A stretch of 64,000 nt of DNA from Podarcis tiliguerta (Eukaryota), in the NCBI GenBank assembly GCA_965153285.1, contig OZ229114.1; one strand, given 5' to 3'. This document shows, one piece after another, positions 51,201-64,000 of this stretch (positions are counted from its first letter, which is position 1; every line of letters begins with the position of its first letter). The translations under genes were made by a program, and so were the position numbers. Under the pieces are notes generated by a model. That model searched no databases. It saw only the letters and a list, made by a program, of their open reading frames with translations, and was not told the origin of the DNA.

Positions 51201-53411
51201 ACAGAGCTAAAGACAAATTAAATAGGAGCAGGCATGCTGGCCCCAAACAAGGCTGAAGCAAGATATACAAATATATAAGATCATGAGTTGAAACAATCTA
51301 GGTATTGGGGCAACACGTGATGAACACTGCACATTTTTTGAAAAATTACTGGGGGATCAGGGGAAGGGACAGGGAAGATGAGAGGCCAGTTTGAAATTAG
51401 CTCCACTAATTATTCTCCAAAACGATTCTTCATATTATTACCATAATTCTCAAATCCTTTCATCATCCCAGGAAAGAAAATTGCTAAGGTGTAATCTGGA
51501 ATTTATAATTTTAAGACCTGAGAAGAGGTCACAGAAAAGGGAGGATGAAAGGCTCTCAAGTCTTAGTATTACAAAGCTGAAAGAAGAGAATGGACATTAC
51601 ATATTGTTCACTGGTACACTATTTAAACGCACACAACACACATACTTTATGCACAGCAGGCACAATTATTATATTTTTATCACTTCAATATTAATGTGGA
51701 CACTAAGAGGTGGAAGGAATAAGACAGATGTACAGTATTTGGTCTTTGCAAACCTACTGAACATTTTTACACTTCGTTAATATTTAAGAAAATTACAACA
51801 AACACTTTATAAACACCAAAATAGTCAACAGAATGCAATTAGCCATGGCTATCTTGAATCCTGGTTGCTAGAACATTTTAAAAAAAGATTCATCAACACA
51901 TTTGCTATGCTATGTTGTGTACATTAAAACTATGGAACATACTGAATGATAATATTGTTTCCTTTCTCCATAAAAAGTACAGATATGCATGCAAGTGAGA
52001 TCTTGAAGAAGAAAAAATAGCACAACAGTCACCTTCTTTTGGTGGTTGTTAGGTCATCTTGTGCATTTCTAGGGCTAATCCACAATAAAATGTTTGAAGC
52101 TCAAGCCGTCACATGATGGCGTATTGTGCTATTATGATAGCTAAGTCACTAATGCAGTCTAATGCATCTATCATACAAATACCTCTGGGCTATATTTCTG
52201 ACCCAAATACAGACAGGATGTTGTAGTAATCCCCACCCCACCCCCCTGCAGTAAATAGTACAAATCCTCTTCATCACACACTTAAGAATTTCACATACAA
52301 ATGCAACACATTTAAAAACTGCCCTCTACTAGATTATTCTTGCATTAGTATTATTAGAATATTTATGACATGCAACTGCTTGAAAGTCAAATATATTGGA
52401 AGATGTTTTCTTGCCTTAATAAGAATTAGAGAATACATGACAGGCAGCTGTCAGAAAGTCTAGTTGTTTGAATGAGGTTTATGAGTTTTAGCCTAGGAAT
52501 GTGGGCACAGTAACTAGCCTGTCACCTATCTAGTCAGTGAAGGAAAATACCTAAGAAAATGAAACATTTTCCCCCAAGTCATTTTTAGAAGTAATTTTCT
52601 GTTTTTACTTTTAATGGAATGAAGACTGATTTCCTTAAATTCGTTTTACTTCTGTAGCATCCTTTGTCTTTCCCTATCAAACTCTGTTAATGCTACTAGA
52701 TTTTGCGTCGTTAATGTTGATATGAGGTTGCTTTTTAATACCTTTTGAGTCTTTTGTAAGAGTAGCAGAATCAATGTTCTACTGGCTAAAGCTGCAATCA
52801 TAAACCTAGTTATTTGGGAGCAAGCCTCATTACATTCAACCCAATACTATTCAAAATACAAATTGTGCAACCTATATATGAATTAAGCAGTGTAGCTACC
52901 CAATAATAAATGTGTTCGGCCTCCAAAAAGGAGGATATAGTCTTCAACAGATTTCATGTCTCTAAGATATCCATGAAAAATTATTCTGAGCTATCTTTGA
53001 AAATCATTTTCTCCGGAATCTAAAACGGTCTACCCCAAAATTACTAGATATTCAGTTAAAAACTCATTTTGAGTGTTAAAAGAATTTGGAAACAATCCTG
53101 CGATAAAAGCATGGATTTATCTAACACACAGTACAGATCAGGCATGAGAAGTTTGGTTTATTAATAATTGTCAGAATATTGATCCTTGACCTGTCTGTAT
53201 AAATCAGAATAATTTTTCATTATATGCTTTTACGGAAAAGCTTAATAGCTTTAGTCTAAAGGTTTCTCTTGGGTAGTGCTACTCAGTTACTAGAATGACA
53301 TTTGCACATGTTTGTGGTGAAACGCACTGGGATGCTGTTTTCAAATTTTAAAAAACCAAAATATTAAGTTTCTTATATAGCAATCCTAACCAGCCACTGA
53401 AGGCCAGCTGG

Positions 53412-53431
53412 GTGTGTGTGTGTGTGTGTGT
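53412..53431. repeat. (GT)n microsatellite
   Basis: Direct read. Confidence 0.95.
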
Positions 53432-53475
53432 TTAAGCATGGGGAAGAAGTGTTTCTTTAGGGCGGCAGCATGATT

Positions 53476-53614
53476 AGAATCACAGAATTATAGTGCTGGA
53501 AGGAACCCCAAGGGCCATCTGGTCCAACTCTCTGCAACGCAGGAATCTTTTTGCCCAACGTGGGACTCAAACCCACAATCCTGAGATTTCATGTTCTAGT
53601 GGCTGAGCTATCCC
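53476..53614 (-). mobile_element. SINE with tRNA-Lys(CTT)-derived head and CR1-LINE 3' tail
   Basis: Minus strand GGGATAGCTCAG...AATCTCAGGATTGTGGGTTTGAGTCCCACGTTGGGC, followed by the CR1 tail GATTCCTGC...CCTTCCA...ATTCTGTGATTCT. Confidence 0.8.
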
Positions 53615-53964
53615 AGGGACTTTTAAAAGACCATACAGTGCCCAAGGGTTACATTATTTATCTGTACAATGTTGTCGTATGTTCAAAGAACTGAAAAAGA
53701 AAATATGCCTAGAACAGAAAATTTAGGTTTCAATACGGTCTAATGAATAAAAGGTAGTTTTCTCCTTCATTCACTGTGGGGGAGAAAACCTATAATACCT
53801 CTATATGTCACCATATTGGGACCCAGATGCCATCAATTTCCTTCCAGTTTTATAGATGGGCTCTTGCACACCACTGCAAAAAAAAAAGCTGTCCTCTCTT
53901 CCCTTGCTGCCAAAGTAAAATGACCCTGGCACTTCCATCCAGAAATCTGACACCGCAGCCTCTA

Positions 53965-54330
53965 AAAGCATTTATTTGTTTGTTTGTTTGTTAGATTTCT
54001 TTCCCGCCCTTTCCCCCCCAAACATAATTTAAAACATTAAATTTAAAACACAATTTAAAAATTAGCAACTGTGAGGGTATGTGATGGCTTTTAAATGTAG
54101 TTCACAGTTGCTCGTTTTAAGATTGCAAATGCCGGGATCTTTTAGCCGTCAAATGCCTGGGTAAAGAGAAATGTTATTAACATATTCCTCCTGAAAGTCA
54201 GTATTGAGGGAGACAGACCACACACTTCCCAGGCAGGGCCTCCCACAAATGGAGAACTGTCACCAAGAAGGACCTGTCATGGGTCAACAACAACTGGGCA
54301 GCAGTCAGAGGCGGTGGAACCAACAGGACC
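53965..54330 (-). mobile_element. L2-like LINE 3' remnant
   Basis: (ttta/tttg)n tail, tcccgccc, aaatgcctggg, ggcagggcctcccacaa. Confidence 0.5.
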
Positions 54331-54784
54331 ATTAGCCCAGTTTTCCAAGAGTTTGTGCTGGTATGGGGAGCAGCGCCAGCATGAGAGTTCTTCTTGGGAA
54401 TATCTGCTTATCTTGGGGCTACTGGAAAACATGTCCCCAGGGTAACAAGAGCACATGCCACCTCCTCCCTCATTATATCTGTATGTTATTGAACTACTGA
54501 AGGAAGATCAGGGCCAATGCTGTAGCAGGAAAGGTGCTTCTGCTCCACAAAGCTAGCCAAATGCTTCAGAATACAAACTTTCTTTTTTGTTTAACAGATG
54601 AGCTAGAGGCTTCTAGTGATTGCAGAGATTTATTCTTGAATACAAAATGGCTTGGGAGATACAACATGACTACAAAGAAAAACCCAACTCTGCCCTATGT
54701 TTCACATTTAATTAATTCTGAATCCTACGAGAAATATCTGATTTCCACTTTGGGGGTTAGACACCCCCAGAATCAGAGCATCTT

Positions 54785-55005
54785 GGAGAGGGGCTGTGGC
54801 TCAATGGTATGAGTGCATGCAAAAGGATCCAACCTCAACCCACAGCTTCTCTAGACAGGGCTCGGAAAAGACTCCAGTCTGAAAGCCTTAAGATCTGCTG
54901 CCAGTCAGCTTTGACAGTGCTGAAGTAGACCCACCAATGCCTGACTTGGCATAATGCAGCATGTTAACAAGTACTCTTTCTAGAGAACATTGCAGCTTCC
55001 TATGT
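54785..55005 (+). mobile_element. Squam3-like SINE
   Basis: gagaggggctgtggctcaatgg A-box head, ctgctgccagtcag core, gcagcttcctatgt tail. Confidence 0.65.
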
Positions 55006-55534
55006 AGATATTTAAATGTTTCCCAGGATCTGGCTATACTTTTCAGCATGTAACATGAAAACCAAGTCTATTTTTAAAAAAAAGCAAGACACAATAAACG
55101 TTTTGGAATTGTGTGTTGAGAAAAACAAACACAAGCAAAATTATGTTCTCTCTTTATTGCTGTCTTTGTTACAAAAGAGGTAAAGCTGGGCGAGTTGTCA
55201 GGGCTTCATTCACCTGTTTTACGCTTCACTAAATGTAATGTACAAGATGTTTATCTACACAGCTTGTGTCACGTCTATCTCTTACTCTAAATTTCCTCAT
55301 ATAGATTTCCCAGCACTCAAACTTCAGATGCTGTAAGAAAAGGGAGCAACAGGTGCATAGTTTGGAGAATTACATAGAAATGCCTACACATCTGCCTCCT
55401 TTGAAGCCTATGTAGCATCTCCTTTGCGGGTTAAGGGAAGTTCACTTAACTGTGGGGAGCATTTGTTCTAACTACATATATACTGTTACTAACTAGTCTG
55501 GCCATCTGTAAGAGTGGGCTAAAATCCTGCCAGG

Positions 55535-55666
55535 CAAGGGTGGCTAACTTATCTACCCACCCACCCTGAAGCTGTTGGACAACAATTTCCATCATCATTG
55601 ACAGTGATGATTAGGGTCGGTGGAAGTTGGAACCCATAAATGTCTGGTGGGCCAAAGGTTAGCCAC
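55535..55666. mobile_element. Degenerate copy of the palindromic hAT MITE family
   Basis: gtggctaac ... gttagccac inverted ends with a family-like interior. Confidence 0.5.
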
Positions 55667-56621
55667 TTACAAAGATTAATCCATCCTGGATTTTAAATGA
55701 ATTCAAAGAGGTATAAACACTACCAGTCCAAACTACCATTTATTTGCTAACAGGGATTGCAGGCAGTCTGCTGCCTTCTACAGTTCTGCTTCCCAGCCAA
55801 GCCAGGCTCTTTTCTCTTCAGAAGCCAAGAGAGAGAGAGAACAATGATTACAGAGGATCAGAGGACGGCTTGGAGTCTTATGCTGTTGGTGCAGGCACAA
55901 AGAGTAACAGTGGCTGATGCCCCAAATCACCACTAGTACCAGAGTGCACAAGACAGGAAGTGAACTCCCCCCCCCCTTCCCCATGATACAGTGCCATTGA
56001 CCACTACACCTGTATGCATTGCTATTCTGGGCCATGTGGAAGAAGAAGTGGTCTAAGACTTCTGCTAAAAAGTTCTCACGGAGTACATGCAGTGTGCATG
56101 GTCTGTAGTTGTATTAACATACATAATTCATAGGACTGCCAGCATGCTGCAACATTTGGCATCCTGACATTTTGAACGCTACACTTCTCAAAACAGAGTG
56201 ATTAAAACTGGGCTAGGGAATAATAAAGATACAGAAGTAATACCAGCATGACTCAAAACCTGTACCTGCAGCTTAATACAAATTGTTATTCTTATGACTC
56301 CTGTATGATGCTGACCAATAGGACTCATTCACAGCAATTTAGCATATCATCATAATCTTTACCTTCTATACAAAAATACTTTGGGGCAAACTCATTTTAA
56401 TCTCTAATGTTTGTTTCTGGAATTTGACATGCCAGCCATTAAAGGAATCCACCTGATTTCCTATGTGTTTATCATTCTGTAGTCTCAATATAATTACTAA
56501 TGGTAGGTATGCATGGCTATGCTATGATCCCCATCTTGAGAACTGTCCCAGCACTCTCCCATACATACCCTCCCACCCATAACAACAACTTATCACAAAG
56601 CAAGAACTAAGAATAGGGTAC

Positions 56622-56890
56622 GGTAAAAGTAAAGGGACCCCTGACCATTAGGTCCAGTCATGGACGACTCTGGGGTTGTGGTGCTCATCTCACTTTATTG
56701 GCCGAGGGAGCTGGTGTACAGCTTCCGGGTAATGTGGCCAGCATAACTAAGCCGCTTCTGGCAAGCCAGATCAGCGCATGGAAACACCGTTTACCTTTCC
56801 GCTGGAGTGATACCTATTTATCTACTTGCACTTTGTGCTTTCAAACTGCTAAGTTGGCAGGAGCAGGGATTGAGCAACGGGAGCTCACCC
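56622..56890 (-). mobile_element. Sauria SINE, 5'-truncated, second subfamily
   Basis: Aligns to the 35547 copy but stops before the tRNA head. Confidence 0.88.
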
Positions 56891-59800
56891 AGTTGTAATG
56901 GTCACTAAACAACAATGCCAAACTTATGTTTGCCCAGGTATTCTTGTCTTACTTTTTTTAAGCATTAATGCATTGAACCTGAACCCTTGGATGTTCTCAA
57001 TTTCTGTGTGTAACAGGCTAATCTTTTTGGGCTAATTCTTATAGCAATGAAAGCAATAACCTTTAGCAAATGGTCATCCCCCCCCCCTTTGGAATAAGAT
57101 GTGATAAGCATATACATAAAAAATGATACATTTTACGCTGCACTGCATATTACCTTTGGACTAACAAGTATTTCTTTTAATCCATTCTACTGATTATAAC
57201 GACCTCAAAGAAGATTTAAAGCAGGAAAAAGTCTCATCAGCCACCATTATTCCTTATAATGGTTTCAGATATCTAAGTATATCGCACCAGGTAAAAAGCC
57301 AGATCTTTTCAACATTATACAATAATCATTATCCACAATCAACCAAAACAGTCACAGAAAAATTTAAAATGAATTGAAAACCCGTGATCCTTATCCATGA
57401 AAAATTATTTTTCAGTATTATTTTTAAAGTACTTCTTAATTGCATTTAGTCATAATCTGTTTTCCCCATGTTTTAATAGCAGTTGCAAAAGCATGTTGTG
57501 CGGTGTGTGACAGCAGCAAATCCCTTCAGCGTAATTAAAATTGCAAACGTACTTGGCAAACGACAAATGGATTTCTGGGTTTATGTAAACTGCACCTTTA
57601 CAGATTAGAGAGAGAGAAATATTGGCCAGAAAAAAACAGATGGAAAAGGAAGACTTGTAAAATCCATTGTTCAGAGGAAAATAATCTAAACTTCAATTGT
57701 ATCTAATGCTTTGTGGGTTGGTTTGTCCTCTGATCCTCCTAAGTTTCTTGTACACTTAGCAACCACATCTGATAGCAAACATCAAACTGGAAGGGTGGCT
57801 TTTGAAAAATCTAAAGCCGCCTGATAGAACCCTTTTAAGTCAGGTTCAAAGTCTGCTTTAGAGATGAGATAGAGTACTACACCTGCGTGTTTATGGCATT
57901 CTGATGGGTAGGAGCACAGCTCTCTCCCTTCTGCAATACAATTCTGGCAGTTGTCAGCATTTTTTTCAGGATTACAAAGGAAGCATACTTTTGCTCTGCT
58001 CTGGAGAAGATAAACCCAATTTTGATTGGGTTAATTAAGCTGACAGGTGGAATGGCTTTAACATTTTTCTGTTATTACATGATGAAACGAAGACCCCCCC
58101 CCCTCTTTCTTTTTTTTGCTGCCACAACTATGAGCTCTTCGCTTTGAGTTTAAAATTCACTTCTGTATGATAGAGAACACGGCTTTCCAAGAGATATCAG
58201 TATCAATAATATGTTTTACAGGAGGCTTGTATGTGGACAACGGTCACTAGCATCAGCCTACTCTCGACTGATGGCTAAATAATCCAAGGCAAACTTAGAA
58301 GTAATGGGTGAAGGTGTGTGAGTGTGGAGTGCAATAAGAGCACAAAACATTAAACAAAAACAACTGTTGTAGCAAAAAGAAAGGCTGAAAGGTACCTTAA
58401 ATGCTAGCAAATACCTCACATCTCAGGGTCAGGCCTACCACTGACAGTGTGAGAAGCCAACTGCTGGGCAGTGCAAAACAGCCTACCCTGCACCACCTAA
58501 GCTCACCTGCTGCCTTCAGGTATGTCAGAGGATGCTTTCACAGTGCCACTGTTGAAGTAAAATTCAACTGCTTGTCTGTTCAACTTTTTATTGTGGAAGG
58601 TCATCTTGTCTTTTGCCTCGGACAGCAAAATGTCTTGAATGGCTCCAGTTTTTTCTTTTTTTAAAGAAGAACTTAGCTTTCTTTATCTATCCAATAAAAC
58701 AGACTCTTGCCTACAAAAGCTTGTCCCACAGTACTCTTTGTAAATTATAATTATATTTGCATATTTCTAAGAGAACAAGTTTTTTTTTTAAAAAATAAAA
58801 CTTCTGCCTCAGTCTCTAAACATTCAAATTTTACAATCCATCCCTAGGTTCATTTTCTCTAGAATTCCTTGTGGCTGAGGCAATCTTTCTACACAGACTG
58901 CACCCTTAGATGTAGGTAATCACTTAGAAGACATGATTTAAGCTCTGGCTCATTGAATGTCCCTCTGTTCTTTTTCTCCCCCTGCCCACTGCCTGTAAAA
59001 CATTTATAAGATGACCAGCAACTCTCATCATGGAGACGTATCAGTGAACCCATTAGAAAGTCTGACACTGTCGATCCTGGCACTACTTTTATTTGCCTCA
59101 TAAGTAAATAAAAGATACACTGTCTAGACCAGCAGCAGAGATAGATTAACTACTAACAGTGTTTTGTTTCACACCAAACAATTATCCTGCACAAACCCAT
59201 TAAGACAACGAAGAACGGAACAGGAGCAGTGCTTTGTGGACTGCAGTTGTCCAACCGCAATGAAACAAATCCCCCAAATCTAAGCTGTAACAGATCCCTA
59301 CTTCAAAAAACATGTAGACATACACTTTGGGGGATGGGACCTGAAGGAGCATTAAATTTATCTATGTTTATATAATTCCTTTCAGACTTTTTTCCCCAGA
59401 CTAATTTTGCCAACCATACCTCACAAAAAGCCTGTCTACTTGCAATCACTTTTGCATTTTGATTGATCTCAAACTCATGTGCACAGAAGTTCTCATTATG
59501 CTCGGTCATCACCATATACTGTCAAATGTGTTGAGCAAGGAAAGTGTCACTACAAAATCCTAGTCTTAATTTCCTGGAGTGCCTGTTTTCTTTATTTAAC
59601 ATTACTTGAAAAATGCTGAGCAATATGGCAATCCACGGCAGATCCTTGGCTGTTAATACACTCTCCAATGGTTTTGCATGCAACCTGAGGCACAAAAACT
59701 TCTATCTATTGAAAAAGGTATGCTAAATTTTCCAACTGGAACTTGGAAGTATAACTGCAGGGCACTTGGCTGAAAAATAGGTGAGGATACTCACCATGAG

Positions 59801-60170
59801 GTTGTTACAGTAAGTGCTACACTTTTTAACCCTCTTTCCCCCCACAAAAAGAGGTGCGTACCCTGAGTACCCCCTAGGGGGGAAAGTACTGCCTGTAGCT
59901 GTTTCCAGGGAAAGGTCTATAGTGTGTCCCATTGTTTGTGAATGGCAGCTGTGTTAGTGGGGAGAGCACACACGAACCCCATGAAGGTATACAAGTGTGA
60001 ATTCATGGTTCGTCTGGGTTGCTGCTATTTTATATTTTTATTGATTTACTGCATGGCTCTTTTTTGTAGTTGTATTTACAAAAATTTTATTGTATTATCT
60101 TATGTAAGACACTGTTCACAGCTTTGAAGGGCCAAAAAGGCAGTATAGAGATAAACCAATGATGATGGTT

Positions 60171-60387
60171 CAGCTTAGTTCCTGAATGTTTTGGCTCCCA
60201 AACGCCGCAAACTGTTCCAGTTTGCAAAGTATTTTTGGAAGTCAAATGTCCAGCGGGGTTTCTGCAGCTTCTGATTGGCTGCAGGAGTTTCCTGCAGCCA
60301 ATCAGAAGCTGTGCTTTGGTTTCCGAACATTTTGGAAGTTGAACGAACTTCCAGAACGGATTCTGTTTGACTTTCAAGGTATGACTG
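60171..60387 (-). mobile_element. Tigger-like MITE fragment with an internal 22-bp hairpin
   Basis: One end aaggtatgactg-TA. Interior related to the 31144 element. Confidence 0.75.
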
Positions 60388-61289
60388 TACATCTACAACC
60401 ACCTCACACGCTTTACTTGAGCTTTGGGGAAGTACCACATATTGCAGAGAAGGGCAGGACTGTCACTAAAAAGACAACACCATGGGAAGTAACCTCCCCA
60501 CATGTCACCACACACCTAAACATTGCCTAGGAATTCATTACAAAATGTGCATTTCCTCATCACTGGCTGGTGCTGGCAAAGACAGAGAAATGCTTTTCAA
60601 AACCATGGAGGCAAGCTGAAACTGATATTATGGAATAATAGAAGGAAACCTGATATGGAGATCTATTTTTGGCAGCAACAACATTTCTTTGCCTTCATAG
60701 AAGTTATTGCAACAAACGTTCAAGGCTGGCATTCCGCTGTTGCTGAGGTAGTTTTTATTATGTGTTTCCTAACTCTGCTTATTTTGTTGTGATTTGTATT
60801 TTTATCTCTAAACCGCCAAGTGTGATATTGTCATAAAAGTTGAAATAAACAAATAAAATGTTGACTTCTCCCATTAGTGAAAAAAGCAGCCAAATGTAAA
60901 CTGGAAGAATGGGAAAGGAAAGTAATACTGTAATGCAAAGAGTCTTTACATTTTTCAAACCAAGTATGTGGGTTTGGGATTTTCAAAGGATGTCTTAATT
61001 TTTTTCACATTAGGAGTATATGTGGGATAATTCCAGCACCTGAACATTACCAAATAAAGGCAAGGTTTTGCATATTAACCGGCATGAAAAAATATATACA
61101 TATAATGTGATTTGTCTACAACTACAAGGTACAAAAACATTGCCAGGGTGCAACTCTCTGCTTAGTGTTGTATTTCTATGAGGGCATTAGCACTGAACTA
61201 GCTTTCCATAAAATGAAATGCGAGATCGGCAAGTTTCCTAAAAGTCTTAGGAACTGTTCAGTAGATGTATAGGTTACATCAAGGCTTAC

Positions 61290-61347
61290 CTTCACAAATT
61301 CTGTCCAATCGCTGCCGTTTGACTTTGTGTTTGTCCACAAGTGCCAT
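61290..61347 (-). CDS. CTBP2: CtBP2-L first coding exon, coding part (MALVDKHKVKRQRLDRICE+G), containing the KVKRQR nuclear localisation motif
   Basis: ATG at 61347-61345, 58 coding nt, phase-1 donor GAAG|GTAAGC. The peptide matches the known CtBP2 N-terminus. Too short for the ORF track. Confidence 0.97.
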
Positions 61348-61450
61348 TGCGCTACTGTGTTTTACAACTTTTGGAATCAAAGGATAAAGCAATCCCCCAA
61401 GAACTTATGGAAATTCACAGTAGTCCGAGTGCATAACGTCACTTTGAATC
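61348..61450 (-). other. CTBP2: 5'UTR part of the CtBP2-L start exon (full exon 61290-61450)
   Basis: Polypyrimidine tract and acceptor ctctcttcttgttgcag|GATTCAAAG at 61451/61450. Confidence 0.85.
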
Positions 61451-63290
61451 CTGCAACAAGAAGAGAGTTGTACATCGTTGGCCCTTTGTAAAACAACATC
61501 TGTATTGAAACTGTCTAGAAATGCTTCTCATATAATCAGAATGAAAACAGTTTTGGTGCATTTCGCTCCTAAGACAATGAGCTAAAATCTGGGTGCCCCA
61601 TGTTCACTGTGCAAGCGATGGGGGAAAATAGAAATGTTTGCACACATTTTTGTTTTAGGGCTAGATTTTTATTTCTAACTGCAACACAGCAGTTAGAAGT
61701 TCATACACTTTCCCCTAAAGTGCCCAAATGAGTGCTGTGGAAGCAGCATATCATAGCCAGTGGCACTGCACCACAGCCATGCTTTGAGCACAAGAGAGCA
61801 AGCTGGCACCACGACACTAGCAACTGCCAGCTTCAATGCTTAAAGCATAACAGTGGTGTCCTAACATGTTACATGGAATAGACATAGCCTCACTGGAGCA
61901 GACTAATGCAGGGACAGGAGGAACATCCCCACAAAAAGACACACACAACTGCTGCCATTAAGACATTTTGTTCACTATGGAGCCCTCGTTACGCAAATTC
62001 CTGCTGCAGATATGGGACAGCAAACGTTTAAATGGAACTGTAAAGAAGTGTTGCAGACACAGGATGGCTATAGCATCTACTCCTTCTGGAGACTGTATCT
62101 GCTTTTCATCTCAGACTTTGCCTTGTTGCTGCTGAAGCTATATACTATTCTCTATATGTCTGCCTTTATGGATTTTTACTATCATGCACTCTTGGTCATT
62201 TGAGCTTGATGTTGGTTGAACTAGATGTAAGAATGCTTACACTAGATATATTAACATATGTGTAATGCAATGCCTTTGTCAGCACAACCAGTGGGTTTTT
62301 TTTAAGAAGGAAGCCCTTATCTATATGCACTGGGACTGGACCATCATCTAGTTTTTGTTGTACGGTATTTCAACTGTATAGTAAACTGGCTTTGCATACA
62401 GCAGTGCTCAGAGATATGAAATCAAGGGTCTTTGATCATACCCTGGAGCAATGACCCTGCTGTCTCAACCAGAGCTTTTCAGTTGTTGTTTTTAAGTCCA
62501 AGCCCCAAGCTGCTGAGAATAAATGTGAAATGTGTTGCCTGTTTCCGATTAAGGCTTAGAAACCAAAGTCTACATCACTTTTGGTAGTCTGAGGTGGAAC
62601 ATCTCAGCTCAGCTTGTTCTTTGCCACAGCTTCCAGCTCATGTCCTCTTGCATTTTAAAACATGCTTTCCCCCAGTACATTCCTTCATGATGCTTCCTGC
62701 AAACCCACAGCCCAAGTAAATGCAATAAAAGATTCTAGAGCAGGTGTGGAGAACCTCCAGTCCACAGGCCTAATTAAGCCCAGCCCAGGTCCGAGTTTGG
62801 CCCATGAGGCCATTTCCCCCAATCCATGGCCACCTGCCCACATCCTGATGTCATATCAGGTGTGGGACAGGTAAGGAAAGGGCTACAAAAGTAAACTGGG
62901 GAACTTAAAACTGGCTGACAGCTGGGATCCGCATGCACTAAGGAGTCCACCATTGGGAACTCGCTAGTGCAGTGCCAATCAGTTGAAAAGAAGGCTTCAT
63001 TTTAAGGAGACTGCATCAAAGACTAACAGAAATCATTAAGTGCATTTACAGAGATTTGGCCAGTTTATGTAAATAATATCTACCATACAGGTTTAATTTA
63101 TTCATACTATTGACAAAATCTGGAATTTTAATTGAATTTTATTACACACACACGTAATTCACACCTTGCCCTTCCATTCTACTCTGTTGATGCTAATCTT
63201 GATAATTTAGCTATAATTTATATGTCTATTTATTGGTGCCTAGTTTTATAATACCAGCAACTAACTTGTATGTGTGAGACCAATCTATAA

Positions 63291-63422
63291 CAGAAATGGC
63301 AAACCTGTGGTCCTCCAGATGTTGCTGGATTCCTAATCCCATCAGCCTCAGCCAACACTGCCAAAGGTCATGGATGATGGGAGGTGTAGTACATCTGGAG
63401 GACCACAGGCTAGCCAATCCCG
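63291..63422. mobile_element. Palindromic hAT MITE family copy
   Basis: cctgtggtcctccagatgt ... acatctggaggaccacagg inverted arms. Confidence 0.75.
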
Positions 63423-63488
63423 ACCTACAAGATGGTCTAATCTGTGCTGTAGCATGTGAAACAGCAAGGAGGAAAAAGCAGAGGATGT

Positions 63489-63603
63489 TAGAAAAAAGAG
63501 GTGCCGGAACTCACCATGAATGCCTCCCTTGTTCTCTTATAATGGCAATGGCACCCCTCTGAGAGGTGCCAGAAGTGAGTTCTGGCTGGGGAAAAAAGCC
63601 CTG
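63489..63603 (+). mobile_element. hAT-like MITE fragment
   Basis: Ends gaaaaaagccctg. Paralogous to the 19545 fragment. Confidence 0.65.
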
Positions 63604-64000
63604 GCTCACACCATACTTAAATGAACTTGGAAAAAGTGAAAAGGAGAAAAAAGACCTTGTACCAACATCAGATTTCAGGCAACTGTATACCAAATGCATT
63701 AAAATTTTACCAAGTAAAACAACCTACATGTGATTCCTTTCTGGATGACAAGGTGCTGGTGGTGGGGGAAATGTGACCCAGAATATGGCATGTTTGACAA
63801 TCTCAATACAGTACTTGCTCACTTGGGTGTCCTTTGAGGTTCCACTGATTGGTGCCTAAGTAATGTTTGTGAGAGGGCATACATTTGAAGCTTGGGTTCT
63901 AGAAGAGGTTTGAAGTTTCATATATGTATCTGCAGCTTCTATCCCATAATGCTAAAATGGAACTTATCACTAGCACCTGTTAACAGCCTGGCAACCTTCC

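Noticed and set aside
53550-53614. tRNA-Lys gene (and the tRNA-like heads at 6129, 21095 and 35908)
   Set aside because: The anticodon arm is deleted or degenerate and the heads are fused to LINE-derived tails, so these are SINE heads.

Overview
Vertebrate genomic DNA, not prokaryotic. Sauria SINEs and related repeats point to a squamate reptile, probably a lacertid lizard. The whole window lies inside the CTBP2/RIBEYE gene on the minus strand. Four coding exons are clear from sequence and splice sites: the CtBP2-L start exon (CDS 61290-61347, MALVDKHKVKRQRLDRICE), the 1.7-kb RIBEYE A-domain exon (48817-50533), and two shared dehydrogenase-like/B-domain exons (9291-9445 and 3273-3417). The gene continues beyond both window ends. 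A probable third alternative first exon and internal promoter lies at about 15.5-16.45 kb. It encodes MWRQRFQ and would splice through a GC-AG donor in the same phase. The rest is intron containing SINEs, hAT and Tigger-like MITEs, LINE remnants, microsatellites and one 155-N gap. Most interesting observations: (1) the RIBEYE exon has a weak donor, in-frame read-through to a hydrophobic tail, and an AATAAA just after the stop, suggesting an A-domain-only isoform; (2) the GC-donor alternative first exon module; (3) a CRX/OTX motif cluster upstream of RIBEYE; (4) a 5S-rRNA-headed CR1-tail element next to a tRNA-Lys-headed one with the same tail; (5) a SINE with a triplicated target site. Repeat family names come from recall of consensus features, not from a database search.
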